Shown here: positions 38,069-46,304 of the stretch, in pieces | Layout: every line of letters begins with the position of its first letter | How positions within the stretch are numbered: position 1 is the stretch's first letter | Virus record (IMG/VR): IMGVR_UViG_3300028392_002123 | Source: a virus | Lineage: Duplodnaviria; Caudoviricetes | Direction: 5' to 3' (one strand) | Length of the DNA: 64,000 nucleotides | The notes under the pieces: generated by a model | What the model saw: only the letters and a program-made list of their open reading frames with translations | The model's database searches: none | Told to the model about the DNA's origin: nothing | Position numbers and translations under genes: made by a program

Positions 38069-38317
38069 TTAATCAATTACCACAACACGATAAACGTCTG
38101 TACGCAACTCGCCGGTTTCTTCGTCGAATTGGTCTTCGTAGTCATCAACCAGTTTATCCATTTGATGATAATCACTACGCTCTATAACACCTTCGGAGAC
38201 GTTACTGACTTTTGGAGCCACTATGGTGCGCCAGTGATCGCCGTAGTTGTAAGCAAAGTGAACATCTGCTTCCTGATCCATGTACTTTAACTGCTCAATG
38301 AGATCTTTAACTTTCAT
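38069..38317 (-). CDS. Small early hypothetical protein
   Basis: 82 aa from ATG 38317 (MKVKDLIEQL), AGGA Shine-Dalgarno. Confidence 0.7.
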   Translation of the reverse strand: MKVKDLIEQLKYMDQEADVHFAYNYGDHWRTIVAPKVSNVSEGVIERSDYHQMDKLVDDYEDQFDEETGELRTDVYRVVVID

Positions 38318-38344
38318 TGCTGGTCCTTTTGTTGCAATACAAGT

Positions 38345-38373
38345 ATTATACAACCAAACCGAATTTCGGTCAA
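38345..38373 (-). promoter_or_regulatory. sigma70-type early promoter (repeat copy 2)
   Basis: TTGACC-17 nt-TATAAT; palindrome ACCGAA-T-TTCGGT at 38358-38370 overlaps the -35 box. Confidence 0.85.
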
Positions 38374-38661
38374 TTATTGGGTAATTTTACTACGAGTTTT
38401 TTGCACTTTTTTAGCAGGGCTTCGTTTGGGTTTTTCTACTACTTTAGTAGTAGTTTTAGTAAACTCTTTGGCCACATAGTGGGCAATAAGTTCGCGCTGA
38501 ATCATTGTAATCAAATCGCCATGATCATCATTTACAACAAATCTAACCGGGCATCTACCCCATGCACCCGTTTCGTTAAAATCTGCAAACCAACGTCTAT
38601 GATCCTTATTTTTTGCATCGAAGACCACATAAGGTCTTCCATGTAATTGAAGTCTACTCAC
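38374..38661 (-). CDS. Hypothetical protein with basic C-terminal tail
   Basis: 95 aa, GTG start with AGGAG Shine-Dalgarno. Confidence 0.7.
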   Translation of the reverse strand: MSRLQLHGRPYVVFDAKNKDHRRWFADFNETGAWGRCPVRFVVNDDHGDLITMIQRELIAHYVAKEFTKTTTKVVEKPKRSPAKKVQKTRSKITQ

Positions 38662-38697
38662 TGTACATCTCCTAATAGATTGCTAACTAGTCCAAGT

Positions 38698-38726
38698 AGT
38701 ATACTGCAAAATTTATTTAATGTCAA
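38698..38726 (-). promoter_or_regulatory. sigma70-type early promoter
   Basis: TTGACA-17 nt-TATACT upstream of 38661. Confidence 0.8.
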
Positions 38727-38743
38727 TTAAATTGAATTAAATG

Positions 38744-38765
38744 AAAAAGCCGCTTTATGCGGCTT
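38744..38765 (-). terminator. Intrinsic terminator
   Basis: AAGCCGC-ATAAA-GCGGCTT hairpin with U-tract on the - strand, overlapping the stop of the upstream ORF. Confidence 0.75.
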
Positions 38766-39045
38766 CTTCGTTCTTTTTCCGATATTTGGCCATGGCCAAT
38801 TCTCTAGCTAAGAACAATCTAAATTTAACATAGTCGCTGAGTTCTTCATCGGGATCAGCTTGTACTTTATGTACTTGCCTGCGAGTTTCGACCAAAATGT
38901 CTTCATCATCAAAGTCGATATCACTGGGCTGAGTTCCTTGTTTTATCAGCGATAATCTTAATGGATTACTTCTTAGGAGCTTCGGCTTTTTTATCGCCAG
39001 CTTGGGCCGGTGCGCTTGCAGGCGCGGCACTTTTGCTGGCATCAA
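38755..39045 (-). CDS. Hypothetical protein (start uncertain)
   Basis: Acidic DIDFDDEDI...ELSDYVKFRL..ARELAM segment looks coding; the ATG start overlaps the upstream gene by 80 nt. Confidence 0.5.
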   Translation of the reverse strand: MMPAKVPRLQAHRPKLAIKKPKLLRSNPLRLSLIKQGTQPSDIDFDDEDILVETRRQVHKVQADPDEELSDYVKFRLFLARELAMAKYRKKNEEAA

Positions 39046-39220
39046 CTTCTTTCTTCTTCTCTGCCTTAGTCTTTGGCTTTTCTACCTTAGGCATTTCCTT
39101 AGGTGTTGCAGGTGCGGAAGCAACTGCGGCAGGTTTTGCAACAGCTTCAGTTTTAGCTGGCTCAGCGGCAAAAGCGGTTACTGCGAAAAGACTTACGATT
39201 AGTGTGGATAGTAGTTTCAT
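38966..39220 (-). CDS. Secreted/periplasmic Ala-Pro-Lys-rich low-complexity protein
   Basis: Signal peptide MKLLSTLIVSLFAVTAFA followed by a disordered A/P/K tract; AAGGAG Shine-Dalgarno. Confidence 0.7.
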   Translation of the reverse strand: MKLLSTLIVSLFAVTAFAAEPAKTEAVAKPAAVASAPATPKEMPKVEKPKTKAEKKKEVDASKSAAPASAPAQAGDKKAEAPKK

Positions 39221-39291
39221 ATGATCTCCTTGTGATTTGAAACGTAAGCAAATAAATTACTTGCTTATATATATAACGCCTTAGTTCAGCG

Positions 39292-39996
39292 TTAAGTTGA
39301 CTGTTCTAGCCAAATATTGTCTACCAATTTTAATTTTTTTACCATTTCTTTGGTAGTTATATGAGTTAACAACGCCCTTCTTTTCAAAGTGGTATTATTC
39401 GGCATTGTGCTGTGCAAGACTCGTGGGTTGTAGATTAGTACATCACCGATGTTCATTTTTGGTTGTATAACATTGGCTAAAAATTCTTCTGTATAAACTC
39501 CCTTGTAGCTGTCTTTAACAATCCAATTTTTTAAATGGCTTCCTGGATACAAACCAGTACCACCATTGTCTTTGTTAAATTCACATAAGGGTACAATACA
39601 TTGTACACCTAATAGGTCAACTTCTTCATGCCATTCATCAAAGCGATAGGGACTATCTATATGTGGTTTTACAAATTGATTACCAGGCTCGTTGGTAATT
39701 ACATCCGATACATACACACAATTATTATCGAACCATGATTGCGTGATGTATAAGAGTTGTTGATTAATGCGATGAACACAGGGCCAATCAACAACTTGTT
39801 GACTCCACCAAATGGCCAATTCTTCTAGACCAGTTAGATCTTTTTTAGGAAAATATTTTGCAGTAAAATCGTGTCCTCGTTGAGGTTCCAATTTATTTTG
39901 AAAAAAGTTTAAGTGAGCTATAGCAAGAGGATCTATTATGTTTTTTACTACACAATATCCTTGTTGCTTGATTGTTTCTAAAATTTGTTGGCCCAT
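39292..39996 (-). CDS. Phytanoyl-CoA dioxygenase (PhyH)-like Fe(II)/2OG oxygenase
   Basis: PHID (HxD), NGGTGLYPGSH, GDVLIY..RVLHST.PN, RRALL. Confidence 0.8.
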   Translation of the reverse strand: MGQQILETIKQQGYCVVKNIIDPLAIAHLNFFQNKLEPQRGHDFTAKYFPKKDLTGLEELAIWWSQQVVDWPCVHRINQQLLYITQSWFDNNCVYVSDVITNEPGNQFVKPHIDSPYRFDEWHEEVDLLGVQCIVPLCEFNKDNGGTGLYPGSHLKNWIVKDSYKGVYTEEFLANVIQPKMNIGDVLIYNPRVLHSTMPNNTTLKRRALLTHITTKEMVKKLKLVDNIWLEQST

Positions 39997-40313
39997 AAGT
40001 TTATGTCACCTTGATATAGTGTAAACTCGAATGCATCCATTTCGTTGAAAAGAATTAATTGTTTCTTGCTCAAGTAATAAGGCCATATCATTCTGTCATC
40101 TAACATCAATAAAGTTTTGTTAAGAACTTTATACTTTTCAGGAAGTTTTAATGTATAAGTTTTCCAAAGACCTTTTGCAAGATCCAACCCATTACCAGTA
40201 AATCTTGTTCCCTTGGCGTTCTTAAAAATTACAAAAAATTCAAAATCACTGTCATAGTGTGATTTTAAATTACTAAGAATAGTTTCACTTATCGGCTTTT
40301 TTGATAAGCTCAT
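39978..40313 (-). CDS. Hypothetical protein
   Basis: 111 aa ORF tiling the operon. Confidence 0.6.
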   Translation of the reverse strand: MSLSKKPISETILSNLKSHYDSDFEFFVIFKNAKGTRFTGNGLDLAKGLWKTYTLKLPEKYKVLNKTLLMLDDRMIWPYYLSKKQLILFNEMDAFEFTLYQGDINLWANKF

Positions 40314-40602
40314 CCTCGTTCACCTGTTTACCATGAGATAATTCTATTACAGTAAAATCCTGGCATTTGAATAAATTGTTTAACTTTTCCATTAAATTAA
40401 ACGCATGACCTGGATTCGAGAATGAAACTTTTTTATATTTTGGTCCGGGATAATCTTGTAGACTATTCAGAAAAGTTCGTAGGTTAAAAGGCTTGTTCTT
40501 ATAGAACACGGCATAAATTGCCTCGGCATCAAGTACCTCTTCGCTTTTGTATGTTTTTGGATCTACGTATGTTAATAATATCGTTGGTTTAGGTCTTGCC
40601 AT
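40285..40602 (-). CDS. Hypothetical protein
   Basis: 105 aa, strong Shine-Dalgarno (AGAGGAAGG); GATAAATA motif at 40624-40631 upstream. Confidence 0.7.
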   Translation of the reverse strand: MARPKPTILLTYVDPKTYKSEEVLDAEAIYAVFYKNKPFNLRTFLNSLQDYPGPKYKKVSFSNPGHAFNLMEKLNNLFKCQDFTVIELSHGKQVNEDELIKKADK

Positions 40603-40653
40603 CAGTTGCCTTCCTCTCTACTTTATTTATCAAGAAAGGCATTAACAGGCTAT

Positions 40654-40866
40654 TTAATTTTTAAAACCACCACCATCTAATTTAGAACTTGCTGTTTTTG
40701 ATTGATCTATAGACAATTTTTCTGTTGCGGTGATCAATAACGAATTTATTTCGTGCATTAATGCCACACTTTGATTGTAGTCTAGTGTAATAGACTTTTT
40801 ACCTAATTTAGCGGCCTGACTGACTAGACCGCTAAACTCTTTAATCTTCGATAATTCTTGCATCAC
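40654..40866 (-). CDS. Hypothetical protein
   Basis: 70 aa ORF tiling the operon. Confidence 0.55.
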   Translation of the reverse strand: MMQELSKIKEFSGLVSQAAKLGKKSITLDYNQSVALMHEINSLLITATEKLSIDQSKTASSKLDGGGFKN

Positions 40867-41314
40867 GTTTTTGTTGCAGTACTAGTTTTAGATCAGTTTG
40901 ATTTTTATATGGACCAACTGATTCATAGGACTCAACTGTGGTCAATCTAGGACAAAAACTTTGCACCCAACCATTTTTAAACTTGACGCCATACCAACCA
41001 GCGGCATGTACACTTTTTGTATTTGCCTTTTTAGTAAAGCAGGGATAGTCATTGATCTTTTGTATGTTATAAACATCTTCTTGATCAGTAGGGTAACCCA
41101 TGACAGTCATTTGGCCGCCATGTGATAGATCTCTACCTGCAAATTCAATTTGATGTTTACGAAGCTCTTCGGTATTTGTTAGTACTAAGTCTTGTTTCCT
41201 TAGTTTAATAACATATTGACCATCGTATAAGTTCATCATGCCTACACGCGATCCGCTTTCTTCGAGGATCCAAAATTTTTCTTTAATAACCGGTTTTGCA
41301 ATAATCATATTCAT
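40841..41314 (-). CDS. Hypothetical protein
   Basis: 157 aa, coupled to RNase H by ATGA overlap. Confidence 0.65.
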   Translation of the reverse strand: MNMIIAKPVIKEKFWILEESGSRVGMMNLYDGQYVIKLRKQDLVLTNTEELRKHQIEFAGRDLSHGGQMTVMGYPTDQEDVYNIQKINDYPCFTKKANTKSVHAAGWYGVKFKNGWVQSFCPRLTTVESYESVGPYKNQTDLKLVLQQKRDARIIED

Positions 41315-42300
41315 TTATAAGTTGCTCCTAGATAATCACTGTGCTCTGTCATTTTTTCTGCTACGGTTACTAAATCCCATTTACCGCAAAACTTTACAAA
41401 ATGTAATCCTACTTGTGATACTTTCGGCTTGTTAGTCACTTGACTAATAGTTTCGTCTAGAATAATTTTAATATCTTCAGGCTGTTGTGTCAAGTCTATT
41501 AGAGTTTTATTATGCAGATATCTGTCACGAACTCTGTGTTCGACACCATTATGGTCAACCCAACGTTGGAGCATGAGATTGTTCCAATTATATCCTTGTG
41601 CTAATCGATCTGCAAAGGCTTCACGGAGACCAACCTTATTTTTTGTGCCTTTTTCTCGTACTCCCGGATAAGCAGAGAAGACGTTGTCAGAGGTATCGCC
41701 TCGCATACACTTCTCAAATAGTAGCCACTCGGGGTCGGGAACTTCTTTTGCTTGCTTAGTTTTTTTGTCAATGACAGGACGATTTTTCTCATCAAAGACT
41801 CCTTCGAGTGTAGTTAGTTGTTTGGTAATTCCGTTGAACTGCCTTACATTGTGAGCCAGTAATTGATAAAAATCGCTGTCACTGCTGACAATGACATGTT
41901 CGTCATCGGGATGAGTCTGAATAAAACGTGCAATGAAATCATCAGCTTCGCATCTACCATTCTGTAGTATAGTGCAATTAGATTTCTTTTCAAAGAATTC
42001 TTTGAGCTCGTCAAAGGCCTGCCAAAAGATTCGATCTTCTTCTGCTTCCTTGGGTGTAAGTGCCGCACGGGCGGCCGCACGGTTTGCCTTATAATTGACG
42101 TCGTAGTCTTTGCGCCAGCTACGACCTTCGAGACAGATTACAACATGACTACCTTTAAAATCACGCCATACTTTATTGATACTGTTAAACATGATATGAT
42201 ATGCCATACCAACTTTAGTTTCTGGATCCTCGCCTCTAACTACGTGCCTAGCACGAAAAAACATATTAGCGGCGTCTACTAGCAAAAATGTTCTAGACAT
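41311..42300 (-). CDS. rnh: T4-type RNase H / 5'-3' exonuclease (PIN/FEN-like fold)
   Basis: LLVDAAN, LEGRSWRK, CEADDFIA, VSSDSDFYQL, GDTSDN, NKTLIDL. Confidence 0.85.
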   Translation of the reverse strand: MSRTFLLVDAANMFFRARHVVRGEDPETKVGMAYHIMFNSINKVWRDFKGSHVVICLEGRSWRKDYDVNYKANRAAARAALTPKEAEEDRIFWQAFDELKEFFEKKSNCTILQNGRCEADDFIARFIQTHPDDEHVIVSSDSDFYQLLAHNVRQFNGITKQLTTLEGVFDEKNRPVIDKKTKQAKEVPDPEWLLFEKCMRGDTSDNVFSAYPGVREKGTKNKVGLREAFADRLAQGYNWNNLMLQRWVDHNGVEHRVRDRYLHNKTLIDLTQQPEDIKIILDETISQVTNKPKVSQVGLHFVKFCGKWDLVTVAEKMTEHSDYLGATYK

Positions 42301-42499
42301 TCAAATAGCTTTCAATTATATTGTTATCGATTTTTTCTTTAAATGCTAAAGAAAATTGTTGTTGTAATTCCATAAAATGTACATATTCTACAACTGTTAG
42401 CAGTATTTCATGGATAGTTTCGCCATTTATAAATTCTAAAAGAATATGGCTGTCGTCGATCCATTTAGTACTAAAAGTCCAATTTACACTTAATGTCAT
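42293..42499 (-). CDS. Hypothetical protein, probably leaderless
   Basis: 68 aa; ATG lies 5 nt after a TATAAT -10 box. Confidence 0.55.
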   Translation of the reverse strand: MTLSVNWTFSTKWIDDSHILLEFINGETIHEILLTVVEYVHFMELQQQFSLAFKEKIDNNIIESYLNV

Positions 42500-42504
42500 C
42501 GCTT

Positions 42505-42533
42505 ATTATACAATAATTGTTATTTCTTGTCAA
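42505..42533 (-). promoter_or_regulatory. sigma70-type promoter
   Basis: TTGACA-17 nt-TATAAT, perfect consensus. Confidence 0.8.
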
Positions 42534-42852
42534 CGGTTTTTTTGCTTCGTTTTTTTGGTAAAACTTCAGCATCGGCAACAAATTTTGATTCTTCTACTTG
42601 TTGTTGTGCAATACTTCCGCACAATTCGGTAAACCAAGAATCTACAATTTCTTCTGTGGTTGCACCTGCATATCCATGCGACATCAAAAATTTGACAAAC
42701 GCAGGATTCCATTCTAATTCCATAAAGCCCTGTTTTGGATCGCTACTATCCACATTGGTCTTAACAACATTTACCCATGGCACGTTTTCATCTTCGGGCA
42801 TGGGATTTGGTAATTCTTTTTTACCAAACAAGTTTTTTATAAAGTTTTTCAT
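42520..42852 (-). CDS. Hypothetical protein
   Basis: 110 aa (PWVNVV...GFMELEWN..FV..L...GY). Confidence 0.65.
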   Translation of the reverse strand: MKNFIKNLFGKKELPNPMPEDENVPWVNVVKTNVDSSDPKQGFMELEWNPAFVKFLMSHGYAGATTEEIVDSWFTELCGSIAQQQVEESKFVADAEVLPKKRSKKTVDKK

Positions 42853-43070
42853 ACGATTTTACCTAATCCCAAATAAATCAATTGATCCAATTCAGCTTGG
42901 TAGTCTTTACCTAGCCTGCGTTTTTCGTAGATTGCCTGTAGCACTCCTTGACCGTCGCCATAGTCAGTAGCACCGGCACCGCGACTTTCTAATTCTTCAA
43001 CGAGATCATCTGTATCAAATTCTGACAAGTCAACATCTACTTCAACTTCTGTGTAAATTGTTTTATACAT
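42849..43070 (-). CDS. Small acidic hypothetical protein
   Basis: 73 aa, ATGA coupling. Confidence 0.6.
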   Translation of the reverse strand: MYKTIYTEVEVDVDLSEFDTDDLVEELESRGAGATDYGDGQGVLQAIYEKRRLGKDYQAELDQLIYLGLGKIV

Positions 43071-43237
43071 TAAACTATTTCCTCAACAATGCCTAAAATT
43101 TCTGCCATTATCAAACAGAAGCCAGCCATAAGTAAGTTGCCCTGGATCAAACAGCCCCCGGCACCGATACGAATAATACTCTTTACAAGACTCACATAAA
43201 AATGTCCACGGCTTGTATCTTTAGGTTGTATATCCAT
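43070..43237 (-). CDS. Small membrane protein (absent from the ORF track)
   Basis: 55 aa MDIQPKDTSRGHFYVSLVKSIIRIGAGGCLIQGNLLMAGFCLIMAEILGIVEEIV; fills the gap exactly with TAATG couplings at both ends. Confidence 0.7.
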   Translation of the reverse strand: MDIQPKDTSRGHFYVSLVKSIIRIGAGGCLIQGNLLMAGFCLIMAEILGIVEEIV

Positions 43238-43581
43238 TAAAGTTTCTCCAAATCATTGACTGTAGACTTAATAGTTTCAGCAAGATTTAATGCTGATTGT
43301 TTTTTTAAAATTAAACTATGTTGATCTTCTCTGTAGCCGTGTATCAATATATCCCAGGCCGATTTGATTCTACTAAATCCTTCTTTCCAAAAGGGTGTGG
43401 TTGTATTAACATAAAATGTTAAAGTGATATCTTTAGTTTCATTGTCACCTTCTGCTTCAATCCACATGTGTATCGAATGGTCAGGATCAGTACAATCGCA
43501 GGCTATGGTATATGTTTTGGCATCGACATAGTCTGCATTTAACATTATGCCTTGTGCTGGTTTTTCTGAGGTCATACACAC
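43237..43581 (-). CDS. Hypothetical protein
   Basis: 114 aa with CDCTDPDH motif. Confidence 0.6.
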   Translation of the reverse strand: MCMTSEKPAQGIMLNADYVDAKTYTIACDCTDPDHSIHMWIEAEGDNETKDITLTFYVNTTTPFWKEGFSRIKSAWDILIHGYREDQHSLILKKQSALNLAETIKSTVNDLEKL

Positions 43582-43781
43582 GTACTTAAAAAGTTATGCA
43601 GTCTTTCCACTGCTTCATCAAAGTTAACAGCGAATACTTTTGCAGTAATCGTTCCATCGGAAACACTCATGTCAAAAGGAACTAGACCGTTAAATCTAAA
43701 TTCATTGGGTAGTTCGGTTACTACAGTAAATTCTTGTAACATCTTTGCTCTGTTGATAATATCATCTACTATATCATTCAT
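43572..43781 (-). CDS. Hypothetical protein
   Basis: 69 aa ORF tiling the operon. Confidence 0.55.
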   Translation of the reverse strand: MNDIVDDIINRAKMLQEFTVVTELPNEFRFNGLVPFDMSVSDGTITAKVFAVNFDEAVERLHNFLSTCV

Positions 43782-43782
43782 T

Positions 43783-44643
43783 TTATTTTCCCCATCCGTT
43801 AGACCATATGTCTACATGTAATCGTGGACTATATCTATAACCACGTGCCAGTGCTTCGTCTGCAATATGTTTAGTATTACTAAAATATGCTTGGTCGGTT
43901 CCGCCCACAGGCATAACATATACTTGACCTACAAAACCTGCACGTCTATATTCAGATACTGCTTGATTGACTTCTTCAAAGTCTTCTTGCTTGTCTATGA
44001 CAAATTTTAAATACGCATAACCACGTTGTTGATACTCCATGACAACATCTGGTTTAATAGCATCTTGCCAAGATTCGCCACTGGCACTGAGTTTGGGACT
44101 AACACTGAATGTAAGTTGATCTCTGCTTAGATGGTAGTCATTGAGTAAGAAACGTCTAAAGTCGTCGTGTAAATGTTGAGTACCATTTGTTTCAAATGTA
44201 AGATTACGTAGATCCATCATTCTGGGATGACTTAATAAGCTGGGATAAAGTTGTTGCCAACCTAGCAATGGTTCGCCGCCTGTGACAACAAGATGTACAT
44301 CATTGCCGTTAGTTTGTACCCACTTGTGATTAGGTGTTAGCTTTAACATTTCTTCCACTGCTTCATCGATACTGTAGTATGGACTTAGATGTTTAAAAGA
44401 TGGATGCCAACTAGCATAACTATCACAACCAGTTTGTGATAGTGGCAGATCCATAAAAGTTTTATATAAATGAACACGAGCTCCGATATCATCGGGTTCT
44501 GTGGTCTTTTCACCTGCAGGTAATCCAAAGCCCGCACATTTAAAGTTACAGCCGAATGTACGAAAGAACACACTGGGTACACCAATAAAGCGACCTTCTC
44601 CTTGTGCGCTGTAAAAAATTTCACTTACTTTAATTTTATCCAT
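43783..44643 (-). CDS. queE: 7-carboxy-7-deazaguanine synthase (radical SAM)
   Basis: VSEIFYSAQGEG...GVPSVFFRTFGCNFKC, CDS, VTGGEPLL, ETNGT, SVSPKL, YSPRLH. Confidence 0.85.
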   Translation of the reverse strand: MDKIKVSEIFYSAQGEGRFIGVPSVFFRTFGCNFKCAGFGLPAGEKTTEPDDIGARVHLYKTFMDLPLSQTGCDSYASWHPSFKHLSPYYSIDEAVEEMLKLTPNHKWVQTNGNDVHLVVTGGEPLLGWQQLYPSLLSHPRMMDLRNLTFETNGTQHLHDDFRRFLLNDYHLSRDQLTFSVSPKLSASGESWQDAIKPDVVMEYQQRGYAYLKFVIDKQEDFEEVNQAVSEYRRAGFVGQVYVMPVGGTDQAYFSNTKHIADEALARGYRYSPRLHVDIWSNGWGK

Positions 44644-44872
44644 AATTTAATCCCGATGTATGTCCTTTAAGTTTATTTCCGTATTTTAACACAAGTAAAC
44701 ATTCTAAGTCAACAGTGATATCACCTTCTATTTTGTACCAATCAGATTCTTCTGGGTCGGAAAATTTATCGTACATACTTTGAATTGTACAGTTAGAAAA
44801 ATTATCTTTTAACCAATATTCTAACTGTTTGTATTCCCAAAAGTTTAGATATATCAACTGCTGACTCTTCAT
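44636..44872 (-). CDS. Hypothetical protein
   Basis: 78 aa ORF tiling the operon. Confidence 0.55.
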   Translation of the reverse strand: MKSQQLIYLNFWEYKQLEYWLKDNFSNCTIQSMYDKFSDPEESDWYKIEGDITVDLECLLVLKYGNKLKGHTSGLNYG

Positions 44873-45174
44873 TTGCTTTCTGTGTCAAATATGTTAGACC
44901 ATTTTTTAAGTTTTTCTTTCTTTTCGATCTTAGCTTTATTTAGGTCTAGAATATTTAAAACGTTCTGTTCAATTAAGATGTCGATCATAGCAAGAACATC
45001 TCCTACTTCGCGTTCTAACATTTTATTATGTGGTATACCTTCTTTATAATGTAGTGTATCGATGCCAAATCTACGTATCTTACTAACTTCTACAATTACT
45101 TCAGCACATTCTTCTTGTAGAATGCCCAGAGCTTCTTCAATTTTATTCATTTCTTTAGTTCTTCCATGAGCCAA
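44869..45174 (-). CDS. MazG-like NTP pyrophosphohydrolase
   Basis: LQEECAEVIVE...LEREVGDVLA (ExxE...ExxD). Confidence 0.7.
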   Translation of the reverse strand: MAHGRTKEMNKIEEALGILQEECAEVIVEVSKIRRFGIDTLHYKEGIPHNKMLEREVGDVLAMIDILIEQNVLNILDLNKAKIEKKEKLKKWSNIFDTESK

Positions 45175-45494
45175 TCCTGTGCCGCATCTCTGACAAAGGG
45201 ATATTTTTTTGCTACTTCATCATCTTTGGACATTTCCATTATTAGTTTTTTCATTACTTTAACAGTCATCATCCAATCTTCTACTGATATTGTATTGCCG
45301 CTAGCACTTTTAATAGTACCATCAACGTTGAAAATAAGAACTGGGTCGGGATTACCGATTTGTATAGCATTTGTGGGACTGGTTGACCATACCGGCTTAG
45401 ATCCATTTGAACTCATGTATAAACCAGATGAACCCACAGCACCTGCAGAATTTACAGGAATAGCACCGTATCCTGGATGTATGTTTGTAGACAT
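45147..45494 (-). CDS. Hypothetical protein
   Basis: 115 aa, Gly/Ser-rich N-terminus. Confidence 0.6.
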   Translation of the reverse strand: MSTNIHPGYGAIPVNSAGAVGSSGLYMSSNGSKPVWSTSPTNAIQIGNPDPVLIFNVDGTIKSASGNTISVEDWMMTVKVMKKLIMEMSKDDEVAKKYPFVRDAAQDWLMEELKK

Positions 45495-46258
45495 TATCTA
45501 GGAGCAAATTCTTGTTGCATTTTGATATTGTCAAAGAATTCTTTCTTAGCACCGGGATCAGTTTTAAAGGATCCTTGTAATACTGTGGTCTGTGTTAGAC
45601 TAGAGTGTGCCATAATGCCACGATTCTCACAGCACCCGTGTGTGGCTTGAATGTATACACCTAAGTTTTCTGCTCCAGTGGCTTTTTGGATTTCCCTAGC
45701 AATGTCATTACAAAGTTCCTCTTGGAGTGTACCTCGTCTAGCACACCACTGAGCAATGCGAGTATACTTAGACAAACCAATGAGCTTCTCGGCAGCAATG
45801 ATTCCAATGTATGCAACTCCGCTAACTGGTTGATGATGATGGCTACACATACTGCGAAGCTCACTACGGACCACAAGCATACCTTCATAACGATCCGCGC
45901 TGTCATTTGGAAACGCTGTTGCGTCTGGTGCTGGTTCATATCTTCCTGCCATTATTTCATTGAAGTACATCTTGGCAAGTCGTCTTGCTGTGCCTTTACT
46001 ATTGGGATCGTTCTCCCTATCAATAAGCAAACGATCTAGCACTAATTCAAATGCTTCTGTTGCTTCGTCGATAAGACGTTCCTTTTGTTCCTCGTCAACG
46101 TATTCGCTGATATTGTCTCCTGCCCAGAAACGTTTACCTTCACGTTTCATTTTGAAACGTAGATGATCTCCAAGGTATGCTTCTTCGTAGCCTTTGTCAT
46201 CGTCGCCCTGCATGTCTGCACCTGCAAGTATATTTTTAAGTGTTAGTGGTTCAGTCAT
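45494..46258 (-). CDS. folE: GTP cyclohydrolase I
   Basis: TARRLAKMY, LRSMCSHHHQP, GLSKYTRI, RRGTLQEEL, ATHGCCENRG. Confidence 0.93.
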   Translation of the reverse strand: MTEPLTLKNILAGADMQGDDDKGYEEAYLGDHLRFKMKREGKRFWAGDNISEYVDEEQKERLIDEATEAFELVLDRLLIDRENDPNSKGTARRLAKMYFNEIMAGRYEPAPDATAFPNDSADRYEGMLVVRSELRSMCSHHHQPVSGVAYIGIIAAEKLIGLSKYTRIAQWCARRGTLQEELCNDIAREIQKATGAENLGVYIQATHGCCENRGIMAHSSLTQTTVLQGSFKTDPGAKKEFFDNIKMQQEFAPR

Positions 46259-46275
46259 TTGTATTCCTTTGTTAT

Positions 46276-46304
46276 ATTGTATAGTGTTATTTAGGTTCTG
46301 TCAA
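46276..46304 (-). promoter_or_regulatory. sigma70-type promoter
   Basis: TTGACA-17 nt-TACAAT upstream of folE. Confidence 0.75.

Larger units (their letters stand above)
38028..38379. repeat. 37-nt direct repeat of the promoter element (38028-38064 and 38343-38379)
   Basis: gtattatacaaccaaa[at/cc]gaatttcggtcaattattg, 35 of 37 identical, flanking one small gene. Confidence 0.85.

Noticed and set aside
38755-39045. Genuine 80-nt same-strand gene overlap or frameshift between 38966-39220 and 38755-39045
   Set aside because: The overlap is in low-complexity sequence that stays open in several frames; a downstream non-ATG start is as likely and no slippery site was seen.
39245-39267. Inverted repeat TAAGCAA...TTGCTTA upstream of the signal-peptide gene
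   Set aside because: AT-rich 7-bp stem with no U-tract; too weak to call a terminator or operator.
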